Origin: Fimicolochytrium jonesii
Lineage: Eukaryota
Length of the DNA: 64,000 nucleotides
NCBI RefSeq assembly: GCF_025526975.1
Contig: NW_026515681.1
Location: 62,001 to 126,000 of the forward strand
Direction: 5' to 3'
Numbering within the stretch: position 1 is the stretch's first letter; each line of letters begins with the position of its first letter. Below the pieces are notes generated by a model. That model ran no database searches and had not been told where the DNA came from. It saw nothing but the letters and a program-made list of their open reading frames with translations. Below are positions 13,883-26,909 of this stretch, one piece after another. A program made the translations under genes and the position numbers.

Positions 13883-15405
13883 ATGCACATTGCTAGCTTC
13901 ACCACTGGCGTCGCCGCCGTGGCCCTTTGCCTCCTGTCAACGGTGACTGCCGCACCTGCGAGAAACTCGCTGACCGACGCGGAGATCCAGCAGCAGCGTT
14001 TGCAGTTTTTGAGCCAGGTAAGTCACTAAGATGCGGCGAGCATACTTACGATGTCTTTCGCGGACGATCAGAACCTCATTCTAACACCGCATCAATCTCC
14101 AACAGAATTATAACACGACCGCGAACAGCGCCATGATCAGAAACCTGGACTCCGCCGCTATCGCCAACGTGCAAAAAGCGCTTGCTCAGAAGCCCTCTTC
14201 GTTCACCGGCAACGGCGCCGCCCCGAACCCGGCGAGCTGGAGCCCCACGGTGACGACAGTCAACGGATTCAGCAAAAACCTCCTCACGGACCCGTACGCT
14301 GATGCTGCCGATGCGACTGAGATTAGCAGATACCAGCTGTATGCTGGTGCTGCTTACTGCTTTAAGTGGCATCTAAACTAGTACGTGACATGTATTGCGG
14401 CAATGTTAACTTTTGAGCTTCCGATTGACCAGCTGCGCTCTCGTCTCCCCCCTATCAGCAAGTGGAACTGCAACGAGCGCTGCACGAACGACCTGACGAA
14501 AGGCACGACCCTGGTGGACCACTTCTACAAAGACTCCACTACTGGCTACGTAAGAAAGCCTTTCACAACTTCTTGTAGCGAGCCATGTTGAGCGCATAAT
14601 AACCCCACCCGCAAAACCGAAAACAGGTCGCCTACAACGACGCTCAAAAAACCATCATCATCTCCTTCCGCGGCACTTTGTTCCCGCTCAACTTCTTCCG
14701 CGACCTCCAGCTCTACACGGAGAAGCTGACCATCGGCGTTAACGGCGCCGGTTGGGGTACTGCTGCCCCGGCCGCCGCACGCGTCCACAGCGGATTCCAG
14801 ACGACGTACGAGGTTGCACAGGCTCGTGTGCGTTCTACCGTTTCTAGCATCTTGGCCCAGCCTGCAAGGAGTCAGTACAAGATTGTCGTGACCGGTCATT
14901 CGTTGGGAGGAGCTGTTGCTGTTCTTGCGGTGAGTAACATTACTCAATTGGCACCTCCAGCCCGCACGGAGGGTCCATCCGGTTCTCATGCTATGTTCCA
15001 TTCCAGGCCCTGGATCTCCTCGACTTTGTCACCCCCTCCCTCAACAACCGCATCGAGCTCTACACCTACGGCGAGCCCCGCGTCGGCAACTCCGTCTTTG
15101 CCCGCTGGGTCGACTCTCTACCCATCAAGATCCGCCGTGTGACCGCCCTCCACGACCTCATTTCCACCGTCCCCCGCCGTGAATGGGGCACCCTCGACTA
15201 CCAGCACCACAATGCCGAGTACTACATCGACGGCGATAAGAAGGCCCGCAACTGTGTCGAGCCGGCAGACGGTGGTGAACCTTCGGGATGTCTGAATGGA
15301 GAGGGATGGCCGATCGCTAAGGACGTCGTTAGCATCTTGACACCCGCATGGATCTTCTGGCACTTGAACAGCTACGGTGGTGCTGTCTTCGGACCCTGGT
15401 GCTGA
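13883..15405 (+). CDS. Secreted class 3 lipase (alpha/beta hydrolase); spliced
   Basis: Signal peptide MHIASFTTGVAAVALCLLSTVTA; IIISFRGT; VHSGF; nucleophile motif TGHSLGGA; YTYGEPRVGN; C-terminal WHLNSYGGAVFGPWC. Confidence 0.92.
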
Positions 15406-15901
15406 GTCTCGCTCCTCTCGAATTTCTTTTCACGAACCAAGTTTTAGCATACCTTAGTAATATCCTTGCAGACTTCCAGCCTGTAGATACTGTTTCTTCT
15501 CTCTCTGATACGCCTGATACACCGCCTTACTAGTTACATTGTAGACATGTTTGTACATAAAAGCTGGACTGTAAATGTAGAAACAAATGGTCTCACAACC
15601 CCTGTGCAAAAGCAAACATGTGGGAAGAGCATACACATAACCTTGATAGTGTGAGTGGTAAACATTTACTTTTGTTTTTCTATGGGCTTAGATAGTCTGA
15701 CGGCCATCCATAACGGACGGAACGGTATAGAGGTCGCCCAGGACTGGAAAAGAATTAACAGGATGCCGTCAATGCTGTCAAAATACATTGACAGGAAAGT
15801 GGTCGTCGCGAGCGTTTGCACCCAGAAGCTCGAAGAAACTTACGCAAAATGGTATATAATACATAAAGGAAAACACGGCGCCCATTATGGGATCAATGGA
15901 A

Positions 15902-18900
15902 TCATCCTCCAACTTGGATCTCGGTGCCCTCAATACCCAGCGACGGCTCATTGATGCGTTGGCTAAACCCGTCGCCGGGGACGACACTTTCCGCATAATG
16001 TCTCTGCAGATACCTCTCCATGGCAGGAAGCTGGGCAAAATGCTTTCTCGCCGCATAATGCTTCTGCACCACCTTCCTCACAAACTCCTCCGAATACTGC
16101 TCGCTGGGCGCGGCCGCCCGGTCATGCGTCGCCGCCTCCGCCTTCGTCAACAAAATGCAGTTCCACGGCGACAACTCCACCCTCGGATCCCATCTTGTCA
16201 GCACCAGCGACTCCAACTGGCGGCTTCCACTCACTGCGCTCTGCCGGTTCCAAATCTTCTCCACCAGGAACCGCGTGTCGCTCTCCTGCAGCAGCGACAA
16301 GGCGTTGTAGTGCGCGTCCAGCGGAACACCCGTCTTTGCCCGCTTCTGAAACTCCTGCAGCCGGATGAGCTTGAGCAGGTCGGAGTACACTGAATCGTCT
16401 TTGCGTGTTGTGGCGAGGTTTTCGTCTGCTGTGCAGCCTTTGCATTTGCCGAGGTGCGTGAGCGTCGTGGAGAGATAAAACTCGGTTGAGGGGAGGTAGC
16501 GGGTGCAGCTGCGGCAGTAGTAGACTGCTTGATCGCGTTTCCAGGACTGGCCCGCATCGGGGAACTGTTGGAGTGATGTCAGAATCCTTTAGCCTCTGTA
16601 AAATCCCGCCTCTGTGCGATTCCCTCTGACGTCCTCTTCAGCTAACCTTTTGATAAGAAATAGCCTCCGGATTGAACTCGGGCGTTTGAATAAACTGCAA
16701 GAACAGGTTGCTGATGCGTTTTCGCAAGCCTTTTTGTAGTATAAAAAGTTATTCCGCGCACATTGGAAATTGGTTTGAGATTTGCCTCAGTGGGGCAGTC
16801 AAACGCCGTACCTTCCATACTCTTCGCATGCCGTCCTCGACTTACTAAATCCCCTTCGCGATCAATCAACTCAACTATCTCACGCGTGAGGTTGCAGTCG
16901 AATTCCTGTTAATGAAGATATCAGCGTCCTTCTTTGATTCCACTCCGCGAGCTGCGTCAATAGGACCAAAACTCACGTACCTTAACCGTGTACTTGACAT
17001 GCAGCAAGATCTGAAGCCGCTCATCCACAGAGATCAACGGAACATTGAGTGCATGGTACAGGTCCTTGAGCTCCCGGGCTCGGATTGTGCTGGGCGTGTC
17101 GACGGCTACTGGACCGAGCTTCTTGACCGTCCATTTTTTCGGGGATGACATCTGCGGTATGGACGACATCGTCAGCAATCACGACTCCGCCCACACTTAC
17201 AGACCATGGAGGGGAGTAACATACGCAATCCAGTAACCGCACAATCCTCCGCTCTTTGTTCTCTTCACTAGCAGCGATCTGTAACCGATCGATCTTCTGA
17301 ATCAGCGCGGCTTCTTGGTCAAGCAAGTCCGCCAGCGCCGCGAGTCGCGCGGGCTCTGAGTAGTTCGCCGCGTTGATTTTGGAGGTCTCTTGTTGTCTCC
17401 ATGCTACAGTGCAAGAATATCCAAATCAGACACAGTTAAGCCCCCGTCGGCCCAATTGACTCAGACAACCACTCACTCTCCAACCCCGAATACAACACAT
17501 CGAAATCCTTCCCCGTCCGCGGATGCACCCGACTCTCCAACTCTTTCCTCCGCTTCTTCTCAGCCAAATCACGCCGTCTCGCCTCCTTCTCCAGCAACGC
17601 GCGCGTTCGGTCGTCCCGCTCTCTACGCAGATGCCGGACCCGGCGAATGGCGTTGAGTCGCCGCACCCAGCATTGGATGCGGACGATGTTGGTGTGGATG
17701 AAGTGCTCGTGCGCTTCCGAGGTTGTGTACCGGCCCGGGTGCAGGATAGTGTCTGTGGCGGTGGTGACGTAGACGCCGCGCTTGGTCTGTAGGGGGTGGA
17801 CGGTGAGTGGGTGACATGCGAGACGGGGAGGGTGTTCAACTTACCATTTGAGTACCGGACTCGCGGGTGGACTGCACCTTACGGTTCTTCAGGTCTTTTG
17901 TTTGCGTCTCTCGTGAGAACCTCAACGGCGCCAGCTGCGACGCAAAGCGAATTTCAGGAAACGAAGCAATGCGAATGCAAGTGAGGTTGCCCACTCACAC
18001 TCTGTTTGATTTCCTGCGCGGTAGGCGTCTGCGTCTCCGCATGAAAGTACTCCACCGCCGTGCGTCGATCGCGGTGCCCGCCCATATACCGTTTCCGATG
18101 CCATTCGTCCAGGCGTGAGCGCAGACCCGTCGCTCGGAACAGGAGCTCTTCCGCTAGATTCAGGAGGTATTAGCAACCCCAACTACAAACACAACGTTAT
18201 TCGTGTGAAGTACGTACGGGGGAGCGGTTCGTCGGCAGCCGGCGGCACATCTTCTAATGTTGGTGGTCCCACAACATCCGGATCTTGAGTCACATTCTCC
18301 TCAGCTCCTTGTGCCAAGCCCGCACTTTCTTCCCCAACAACCGGCCCCACCCCCTCACCGGCAGCACCCTCACCCACTCTGCTCTCATCCCCAACCACCC
18401 CACTCCCCACCTCCCCCTCCTCCACCGGCGCAAACTCCGGTATCATCCCATCCTCCGCCGTCGCCACCTTAACCACCGCCCCTTCCACCACCACCCTTTC
18501 CAGCGCATTTGTCCCTTCATCCGCAGCACCCCCCGTCCCATCATCGACGCCAGCTGGCTCGCTGACACTTACAGGCACGACGGGCGTTCCCACGATATCC
18601 CCACGGCCGCTTATTTCCTCCGCCTGTCGCGTCGCCACCGTATCCCCACCCCTAGACTCAGCCGTTGACGGCTGCGTCCCCTCTTCACTCCCAGCAGTGG
18701 GCTGCCGGCTACTCTCATCCCCCGCCGCCCGCGATACCGAGCCCCCCGCGTCCGCAACCACTGCAGTGTCCAGATTGTCAGCCCCGGACTCTGCCGTCCC
18801 CTCCCTACTCGTCTCCGCGTCACCGCTGTCCCGTACATTATTCTCGGCGCTATCCACCCCACTCGCAGGTCCGGCCAGCGTATCAACCACACCGCCCCCA

Positions 18901-19097
18901 TCTGCAGTCCCCGGTGGACTGCCGACGCTGTCCTCCAGCGGCGACGTATCTACCCGTGCACTCCCGACGGCTGCACCCTCTGGAGGATCGGTCGTATCAG
19001 CATGAGCCTCGGCGGCGGGAGTGGCGGGATCCGGCTCGGTCGCGGTTTGCGCGGTCTCCGTCGGTTCCGGGGTGGTTGATTCTGGATCGGCTGACAT
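15902..19097 (-). CDS. IQUB: IQ and ubiquitin-like domain protein (flagellar radial spoke, FAP253-like) with acidic low-complexity N-terminus; spliced
   Basis: KRYMGGHRDRRTAVEYFHAETQT, IQCWVRR (IQ motif), HPRTGKDFDVLYSGLE, DERLQILLHVKYTVK, RWDPRVELSPWNCILLT. Confidence 0.9.
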
Positions 19098-19646
19098 TTT
19101 CTGCCAACGGAACGGTTGTAGCGCAAGAGTGGGTTGTGGGTGGGGGATGTGAGGGTGTGGAACTCAGGATGAAGAATTCGGAATTGTTGAATTGACGGGA
19201 TTCAACAGCTGCCCTCTCGATTACGTAAACACTGTTTTTCCCATTCCCCCTTTTTCTTGGAACAGAACATTTTAACTTTTTCTGGACAGAAACATCAGGA
19301 CATCTCAGAAACGCATGGGAAAGCAGGATGGTTGTGTCAGGTAAGTAATTCCCAGGAATTACAAAAATGAAAGCGAAAACGCAAGTCGTACCATCCTGTC
19401 GGGCAACAGAAACTCCAACATGTATCAGAACCCGTATGATTTGACCCTTTATATACGATGCGGCATGCAGTATAGAATGTGCAGAAAACAGTGTTGGGGA
19501 GGGATATGTAAAAAAAATAAGGAGGGGTGTTGCCGTCACCGGTGGGGATGTCCGGACGGAATACACAGCCGCATTGGGCATGTCCACGCCAGGTAGCAGA
19601 GGGGGCTTTTGCCGACCAGCGGCATCTCACAAATCCCATCCCCGCC

Positions 19647-22600
19647 TCACGCATCCAAATCCGGCATCCTCGCCAAACACTCCAACCCCCTCACAAAACA
19701 CACGCGCTGCTCCCTCACCGCCTCCCACACCGCCTCGCGCGCAACCTCCGCGCGATCCCGGCGTACATGACACCTGCTCAAACTCCTCCACGCCATCCAC
19801 GTCCACGCCGCAGAGGCCCCGCCATACCAGCTGCCCTGCCCCATCTTCCCGCCGCCGCCGCCGCGCGCCTTGGAGGATTTACAGGCCCGCTCGAGGTAGT
19901 GGGCCGCGATGCCGACTTCGTTTTTGAGCAGGTAGAGGATGCCGAGGTGCACGCGGGTGGGGAGGTGGTCGTCGTCGAGGTCGGCGACGCGGGAGAAGGT
20001 TTCGAGGAGGGTGTCGAGCGTTAGCGGGTCGCTGTCGGGGGTGGGTGGGGGTGGTGGGGGGTGGTCGAAGGGTTCGGAGTGGGCGGTGGGGGTAAGGCCG
20101 TTGATGAAGATTGGGGGGTTGGCTGGTGGTGGTTGTGTTGATGAAGTGGGTGCAGATGAGGGCGATGGTGACGGTGATGGTAACGAGGTGCCGTTGGGTA
20201 TAGACGGTGCAGCTCTCGTGGACCCGGCTTTGTCGCCCGATCCAGCGGCAGCCGCCAAGCGTTCCTCCTCGAGCGTCGTCAAACTCATCTGCGACGGACT
20301 CGGTCTCAGCCCGCCATTATCGACGGTGCGTTTCCACGCCTTCATCTGCCGCTCGGCTTCGGCGGCCGCGGTGGCGCTGACGTACCGCGGGAATGGCGGG
20401 GGCGGTAGTGGCCTATTCAGTTGGTTGAATTGGGACTGCCGTATCAGTGCGCACTGAGGAAAAACAAACAAGCGCAAAACTGCCGTTCAGAAAACTTTCC
20501 AACACATCTGCTTTCGCGCAATGACCATTTTCCCAAATCACGAAAAAAAAAAGCTCACCTCAAACGCCACATCCGCGACAACCCTCTTCACATTAACCCC
20601 CACCGCCCCCCACTTCTCAATCTCCCTCCCCACCTCCCCCTCCCCTTCCCGCTCCTCCTTCCCCCTCCTCCTTCCCAGATGCATCCTCGCACTCAACATC
20701 CTCCTAAACCGTCCATGCTCCTTCAACGTCCTCCGCATCCCGACTCCCTCAGCCTGATAAATCCGTGACGGCAACCGTCGTAACATAACATCCATCTGCG
20801 CCATCGTCGCCGCCAACTTCTCAGCCTCGCGGACGGCGGCGAGTGCCTCGGTGAACCGGTCGAGGCCGCGGTAGAGTCCCGCGGCGGTGAGCCAGATGCA
20901 GATGAAGAGGTCGTGGACGCGGAAGCGGTAGATGTCGTTGGGGGAGAGGATGAAGGAGGAGGCGGTGGTGACGGCGGAGGTGGCGGATGCTTTGGAAGCT
21001 TTGGAGAGTTTGTCTTTTTTGGTGGATCGGCGGGAGGAGGCGCCGGAGCGGCCAGAGCGGATGCTTTGGAGACCTGCACGGAATGTGTGAGTATACACCC
21101 GGAACACAGCCACAAACCCCCTCCCCATCCCCCTTACCATTGATATTCCCATTAACAGCGGGAACCTGCAAATGCCCCGGCACCGCCGACGCAGACGGGG
21201 GCACAGACCCCTGGGGGGCATGCTCATACTCCTTGCTGACCCTAACATCCACATCCACATCAAGAGTATCCACCGACCCCAACAGCCGTCGCGCGAGATG
21301 CAAGGTCTCCCGCACCAGTTTAAGCCCGTGCTGGAGCCCGTGGCGGTGTGATTCCAATACGATTTGCGTGAGTTTGAGACTAATCATCATACGTGTCGGC
21401 CGGTGATTAATTACGAGTTTTATCATCCATAGAATGCTTTCCGGCGGGAACTCACTTGATCAACTCCTCCTTGCTCACCGCATGCCCCTGGCCCTCATGT
21501 CCCCTCCCCGCCTGGTCCGGTTTCAAGAACAGCGCGCCATCCGATTCCTTGACCGGACTCTCGACATGCTCCAAACACGCGTGCACGCCCTCATTGCACG
21601 CTTTGATGGCGCGCGTGTAGTCCTTGTCCGCGGCCAGGAGGAGGGCGAGGAGGTTGTAGGAGGGCGCGTGGGTGGGGTTGAGGGTGAGGGCGGTGCGGGT
21701 GTGGGTTATTGCGAGGGTAATCTGCAGATTGGGGTATAGGGTGAGTATGCGCTCCGGCTCCCCCGTTACCAAAGGTGCTTTGCTTTTTCGCTGTTCGCCC
21801 CTGCTTTCCTCATACTCACCTCACCAGCTTCTGCAAGCTGCAATCCGCGCTGGTACATCCCCTCCCACGCTTTCGGGTTCAATTCGGTAGCCTTTTCGGT
21901 CGCTGTCAGGGCCCGTTTGCGAATATCCCGGCGTTCCTGGATGTCGCGTACTGCGTAAAAACAAAACCGTATCAATACGCCGGGCTTTCCAAATTGCTTG
22001 ATTCTCCTATTTTGCGCGTGCTGAAGGGTCCCCTCCCACAAGGGCAAAGTCCACACACCTTCTTGAGCAAGCTCCCCATACGTAACCCCAAGATACCGGT
22101 ACGCCAGATGCTTCAACTCCGGCAACTCAGGCCCACACGACCGGCCATGCTTCTCCACTAACCGGACCGCGCGTTCGGCGTATCCTACCGCCCGTCGCAA
22201 CTAAAGAATTCCAAAAGCAATAGCAATAGTTAGAGATTCCCGCCCATTCGAAATACCATCCATTCCCCTCCCCAGAAACAAGGAAAGGAATCTGCTTCCA
22301 AACATGCCTTATCCTCCTGCCCCTCAACATTATGCGACAACATCCGAACCCCCGCAAACAACACGCCGAGGACATCCACCAACCGCTCGCCGCCAATCGT
22401 CTCGATCCCCATCTCGTTCTCTTCCAGGCGGGACGAATGGAGCAAGTTGCCGTTGGTCGTCGATGGTGGCGGTGTCGTCGACCTCGCAGGGCCAGACACT
22501 CCATTTTCCACAGGCGCTGGAGCGCTGGACTCCGCCGCTGTCGTCGGCGTGCGAGCCCCGTTCTCCACGGGCGTAGGTGGGGTGACACGCACACCCGGTT

Positions 22601-24568
22601 CCTCAGGGTGATCCATCAGCACCCTCGTAACAGCAGTCACTCGCGTCGTAGAAGGTGGTTCGGCGCCCATGTGGTTCATCTCGCTGAGTGTTTTGATCAG
22701 AGGTGAGAGCTCCGCGAGTGATTCCCGGGGCGTGGACCCGTCCTCGCGGTTCTTGCGGTGTTGTTTCAGGGAGGCTTTGTACTGCTTATCCCAGTAGAAA
22801 ACGTATGATTCGAGCGCGGCTTCGCCCTCGATTTTCTCGTCGGCGGGCATGTTGTCGCCGAAGAGGTTGACGAGGGAGGTAAAGGTGTGTGACATGTACC
22901 GCAGCACGCGCATGGATTGGAAGGTGTGTTTGGTGCCCCTGTACAGACTCTCGATGAGGCGGTAGTGTCTGTCTGCCGTGTCGCCCAGAGACTCGTCGTG
23001 CATCGTGTAGGTCTCGACGAACACGTGCCAGTCGTAGCATTCCTCGACGCGTTGGTGGCGTTCGATTTCGAGGGGTTTGACGTCCTCGCCGCGGGGGAAG
23101 GGGAGGACGGTTGTTAGCAGGCGTTCGTAGATCATGAGCATTTGGCGCATTTCGGCCCGGACTTCGGAGGGGATGGTGGATGGGACGCGGCGTTGGGGTA
23201 CGCCGGCGAGGAGGAGAGGCGGACCGGAGTTGATGGGAACCTTTGCTAGTAATCGGAGGTAGATTCCCAGCACTGCCACTTTCGCCAGTGGTTGGAAGGT
23301 GTCGGGGGTGTTGAGAAGTAGCCGCATGTATCTCCGACAACTTGCGAGCGAGTCGTCGAGATGTCTGCCGCCACGGATAGGGTTGAGCCCCAGAGAGAAG
23401 AGAGAAGAGACAAACACGCTGTTCGCAGGCGCAAAGGGTAGACTCACCCCAATTTGGCAGCCAGCAGCGCGTGAAAGTGATGCGAGATCTCAAACCACCG
23501 CTGCCACTGATCTGCATCCGGCTGGTACGTATACCGCGGTCTCCTCGGCACCGGAGCCTTCGTTTGTTCATGCTTTACATAGAACGTCATGGCTCGTTTC
23601 GCAAGTTGTAGTGCGCCGTTGTCGTCACCGGATAAGTGCAGAGCCATTGCTTTCACGGTGAGTCCCGCCAGTAGCATGACTTTTGTATAAGCCTCTGTGT
23701 CCAGTGGGGCTGTTTCCGCTTCTGCAAAGTCAAACCACCGCAGCTTCTGCACTGCCTCTGCCGCCTGTCCGCAATGTACATCCAGCCACGCGATCAGTGT
23801 ATATGCTTGCTACAAGGGAAAGAAATGATCGGTTGGTGGATTGGATGATGAACAACATCCTGCTCGCTCCGCTCGCGACAAGGATAGAAGGCGCGATATC
23901 TATGAATGACCGTTTGCTATCGCTCACAGCTGAAGACAGGGGCTCGCTTCGCTCGCCTACAAACCGAGTCGTTCGCTGTCTGTCACAGTTATTGCGCCTG
24001 CGGCGCGGAACGAACCCACTTCGCTCGTACTTCGCTGGCGCTGGGTATTACAGTGGGCTCGCTTCGCTCGCACTCGCTCCGCTCGCACTCGCTCCGCTCA
24101 CGAAAGCCTACCTGCTTTTCAAAAACAGCAACATAACTCGCCCCCGCCAACGTCCCCTTCGCCGCCTCATCCGCCTTATCGGCCGCGAGTTGCAAATAAT
24201 TGACAGCACCATGCGCGGCCTTCCTCGCCGGTTCCCTCCTATCCTCGGGAAACAAATTGACAATGAACTGATTCCCCAACCCATTATCGGCGTGCACGTC
24301 GTGGGTAAAGAAAGAGCGGAGGGTTTGGTTGAGGAGCGATTCGCCTACTACTAGGTTTTCGAAGCCTAAGGAGAGATAACTGTTAGAAGATGAGATTTGC
24401 GAACGGGGTCGGAAAGACGGTGGACCCCATACTGCTCCCAGCCTGATGATATTTCGCGCATTTCCGTTTCGTGCGTTGTTCTGCGAGTGGCCATTGCCCC
24501 TTCCATCTGTACGCGTTGATATCTGCTTGGGCGGAAACGAATTTGGGCGGGATGGCTGTTGGAGCCAT
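19647..24568 (-). CDS. YPP1: TPR protein similar to Ypp1/TTC7 (PI4-kinase complex scaffold); spliced
   Basis: N-terminus INAYRWKGQW; TPR repeats (KATELNPKAWEGMYQRGLQLAE, ALTLNPTHAPSYNLLALLLAADKDY); C-terminus WTWMAWRSLSRC..CFVRGL. Confidence 0.7.
23810..24111 (-). repeat. Expanded 302-nt intron containing dispersed and tandem GCGAGCG(A/G)AGCGAG motifs
   Basis: GT at 24111 and AG at 23810 on the minus strand join FEKQ to QAYTLIAW in frame. Motif copies lie at ~23862-23877, 23942-23956 and 24057-24100. Confidence 0.75.
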
Positions 24569-25401
24569 GGTTGGCTGGCTGGGCTGAAAAAAACGGCTTA
24601 GGTGTGGGTGTGGAATGGGTCCAGAGAGACTACGCAGCGGGCGCGGAGGAGTGAGTTCAGTTGGAACAAGCTGTGCGAGTCATCGGCGTGTTGAAGGGTT
24701 TTGAAACCTCAGTGATGACTTACCGGTTTCCGGCAGCGGAGATGCGGGAGCGCTACTGGGACGTGCAGGAGGGCTTACTGGAGGCGAGTAACAGGCGAAG
24801 CGAAGAAGGTTTATTGCTCGCTTGATGCCCTCCTTGCGGGGTGGGAATAGTGTCGTGAGTGGTGACGCCCAGCACGATTCCGAGGTTCTCAGCGGCCATA
24901 GCACAGGACTATAGTAGTAGCGGGCGGCCTTTCTCAAGTCTCTCATGCCGCCGGGAATGAGCTATGAGAGTGACACGCGCTCGGCAACCGGCTGCGCCAC
25001 CTGGGGGGAACACGCGTACGATTGCACCCCATAGCTCCCCATAGGCCCATAGTAACTGTATGAGGGCTAAAAATGCCAATCAGGGAGTGGCTCACCTTTT
25101 TTCTTACCCTTGGGCATTTCCACCGTGCGGGCAAAACTCGAAGCGCAGCAGTTGTAGCCGGTGATCGGTGGGCAAAAACGAGAGAGCCGGCTAGAAGTAG
25201 CCGGATTTCCCCTGGGGTTGCCCCCAGAGGGTAAACTTCCCGCCCTCTTGTGTCACAGGGGGTTGATCCCCCTTTTGTGCTTATAAATAGCCGCAACCAA
25301 GCCAGTCCGGCACTTCCACCGTTTCGGCAGCTATTTTGGACCCCAGGGTTGCATACGTAGGGGAGTTTGAATCTCAATGAACCCTTTCAACTCGCCGTAC
25401 G

Positions 25402-25931
25402 TGTTATGGACGACGCGTCCATACCATGCGCTTACCTCATGACAGCATCCCAACAGTCAGTCAATGTCAATTCCCTGTCAAAACCTGACATCTGCCAAAC
25501 CTCGCAGCCGCACGCAGCCGCGCTACCCCACACCTGCCACTGCCTTCATTTCTCCACGCAGCCGCACGTAGCCACACCTCCCAACACTCGGCGCTTACAA
25601 ACCCTTCTCCATACTTCCCCACGTACCCGCCCACAGCCTCAGCGTAGCCACCCCATCCCCAGTCTTCTGTTTCTATGCTTCCCCACCCTTGGCGCTTCTC
25701 TTGGCTTCCCTCTCATTCCGTACCCTTCTGCTTCCCCACGCTTCCCCAGCCTTCCCAGAAAAACATAAATAGCCGCCTCCCCTGAGCTCCCCACTTCCTG
25801 ATCCCCCAGCAGATCAACACCAGTTCTTCCTAGTCTTGTTCTAGTTCTTGTTTCGGTCTGAATACTATTACCTGTCAACAACCTGCACCACAAGTCGCCT
25901 CTATTTCCGTCGGTTCCGCCCATTCATAACA
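25402..25931 (+). repeat. 5' LTR of element 1
   Basis: Direct repeat of 30749-31278, with 2 substitutions seen. Confidence 0.97.
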
Positions 25932-25982
25932 GTTTGATCTGCTCAACAACCCCCAGCCGCTGTACCTCCACGCCAAATCACC

Positions 25983-26909
25983 ATGTCCGACGCCCTTCCC
26001 CTCACGGCCGAAGCCTGGCAAGCCATGTGCAATGCGATTGACGAACTTCGAGCGCAGAATACCACCCTACAAGCCGAACTAGCGCAAACCCAGACCACTG
26101 CCCCTTCCACCCACGCCCCCGAACCCAAAATCAGTCTCCCAGACAAATTTGATGGCACCCGAAGCAAGTTCCGTGGGTTCCTCAACCAGATCCGGCTCAT
26201 GTTCGCCCTCCAACCCAGGCGCTACCCCAACGATCAGACCAAGATACGAACTATTGGCACCTACCTCACTGGCACCGCCCAGGCCTGGCTGGCGCCCCTT
26301 GTCGAACAAGACCATCATTCCCTTACGAACCTGGATGATTTCATCCAGCAAATGCAAGCAGTCTTTGGAGACAGCGACAGGATCCGCACGTCCGAAAACA
26401 AGCTCCAGAACCTTCGACAAACCCGTGCAGCAACAGAGTATGTAGCTGAATTCCGACAGCTGCAATGCGATGTGTCGTGGAATGACCAGGCATTGATTGC
26501 CACCTTCCGTCGCGGCCTCAAAGAAGACGTCAAGGACTTAATGCTCACGATGCCCCCTACCGCCTCAATCGACACTGTGATGGAACAGGCCATCCAATGT
26601 GACAACCGATTGTTTGAGCGCCGTCTAGAGCGAAGCAGGAACCGACAGCCATATGTGCCAGTTACCACTAGCCCCACCCTCATGAGCCCCGACAACCGCC
26701 CAGACGACCCTATGATCATTGACGCTGCTCGTCCGCGAGGACCCCTCACACCGCTAGAGCGCCAACACCGCATCACAAACAAACTTTGCCTCTACTGTGG
26801 TAAACCCGGCCACATAGCCAAACTCTGCCCGAACAAGATACGCACGGCGAATGTCGCGGTTAAGGAACCTGCACCCATCCAGGATTTTGCCCAAGTCCAG
26901 CTGCAGTAA
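25983..26909 (+). CDS. gag: Gag of element 1
   Basis: PEPKISLPDKFDGTRSKFRGF, retrotransposon gag core, zinc knuckle CLYCGKPGHIAKLC. Confidence 0.95.
   Translation: MSDALPLTAEAWQAMCNAIDELRAQNTTLQAELAQTQTTAPSTHAPEPKISLPDKFDGTRSKFRGFLNQIRLMFALQPRRYPNDQTKIRTIGTYLTGTAQAWLAPLVEQDHHSLTNLDDFIQQMQAVFGDSDRIRTSENKLQNLRQTRAATEYVAEFRQLQCDVSWNDQALIATFRRGLKEDVKDLMLTMPPTASIDTVMEQAIQCDNRLFERRLERSRNRQPYVPVTTSPTLMSPDNRPDDPMIIDAARPRGPLTPLERQHRITNKLCLYCGKPGHIAKLCPNKIRTANVAVKEPAPIQDFAQVQLQ

Noticed and set aside
25040..25100. Candidate left TIR of the Harbinger-like element (TGA-GGGCTAAAAATGCC or TA-GGCCCATAG)
   Set aside because: No matching right TIR in the window, so the boundary cannot be supported.
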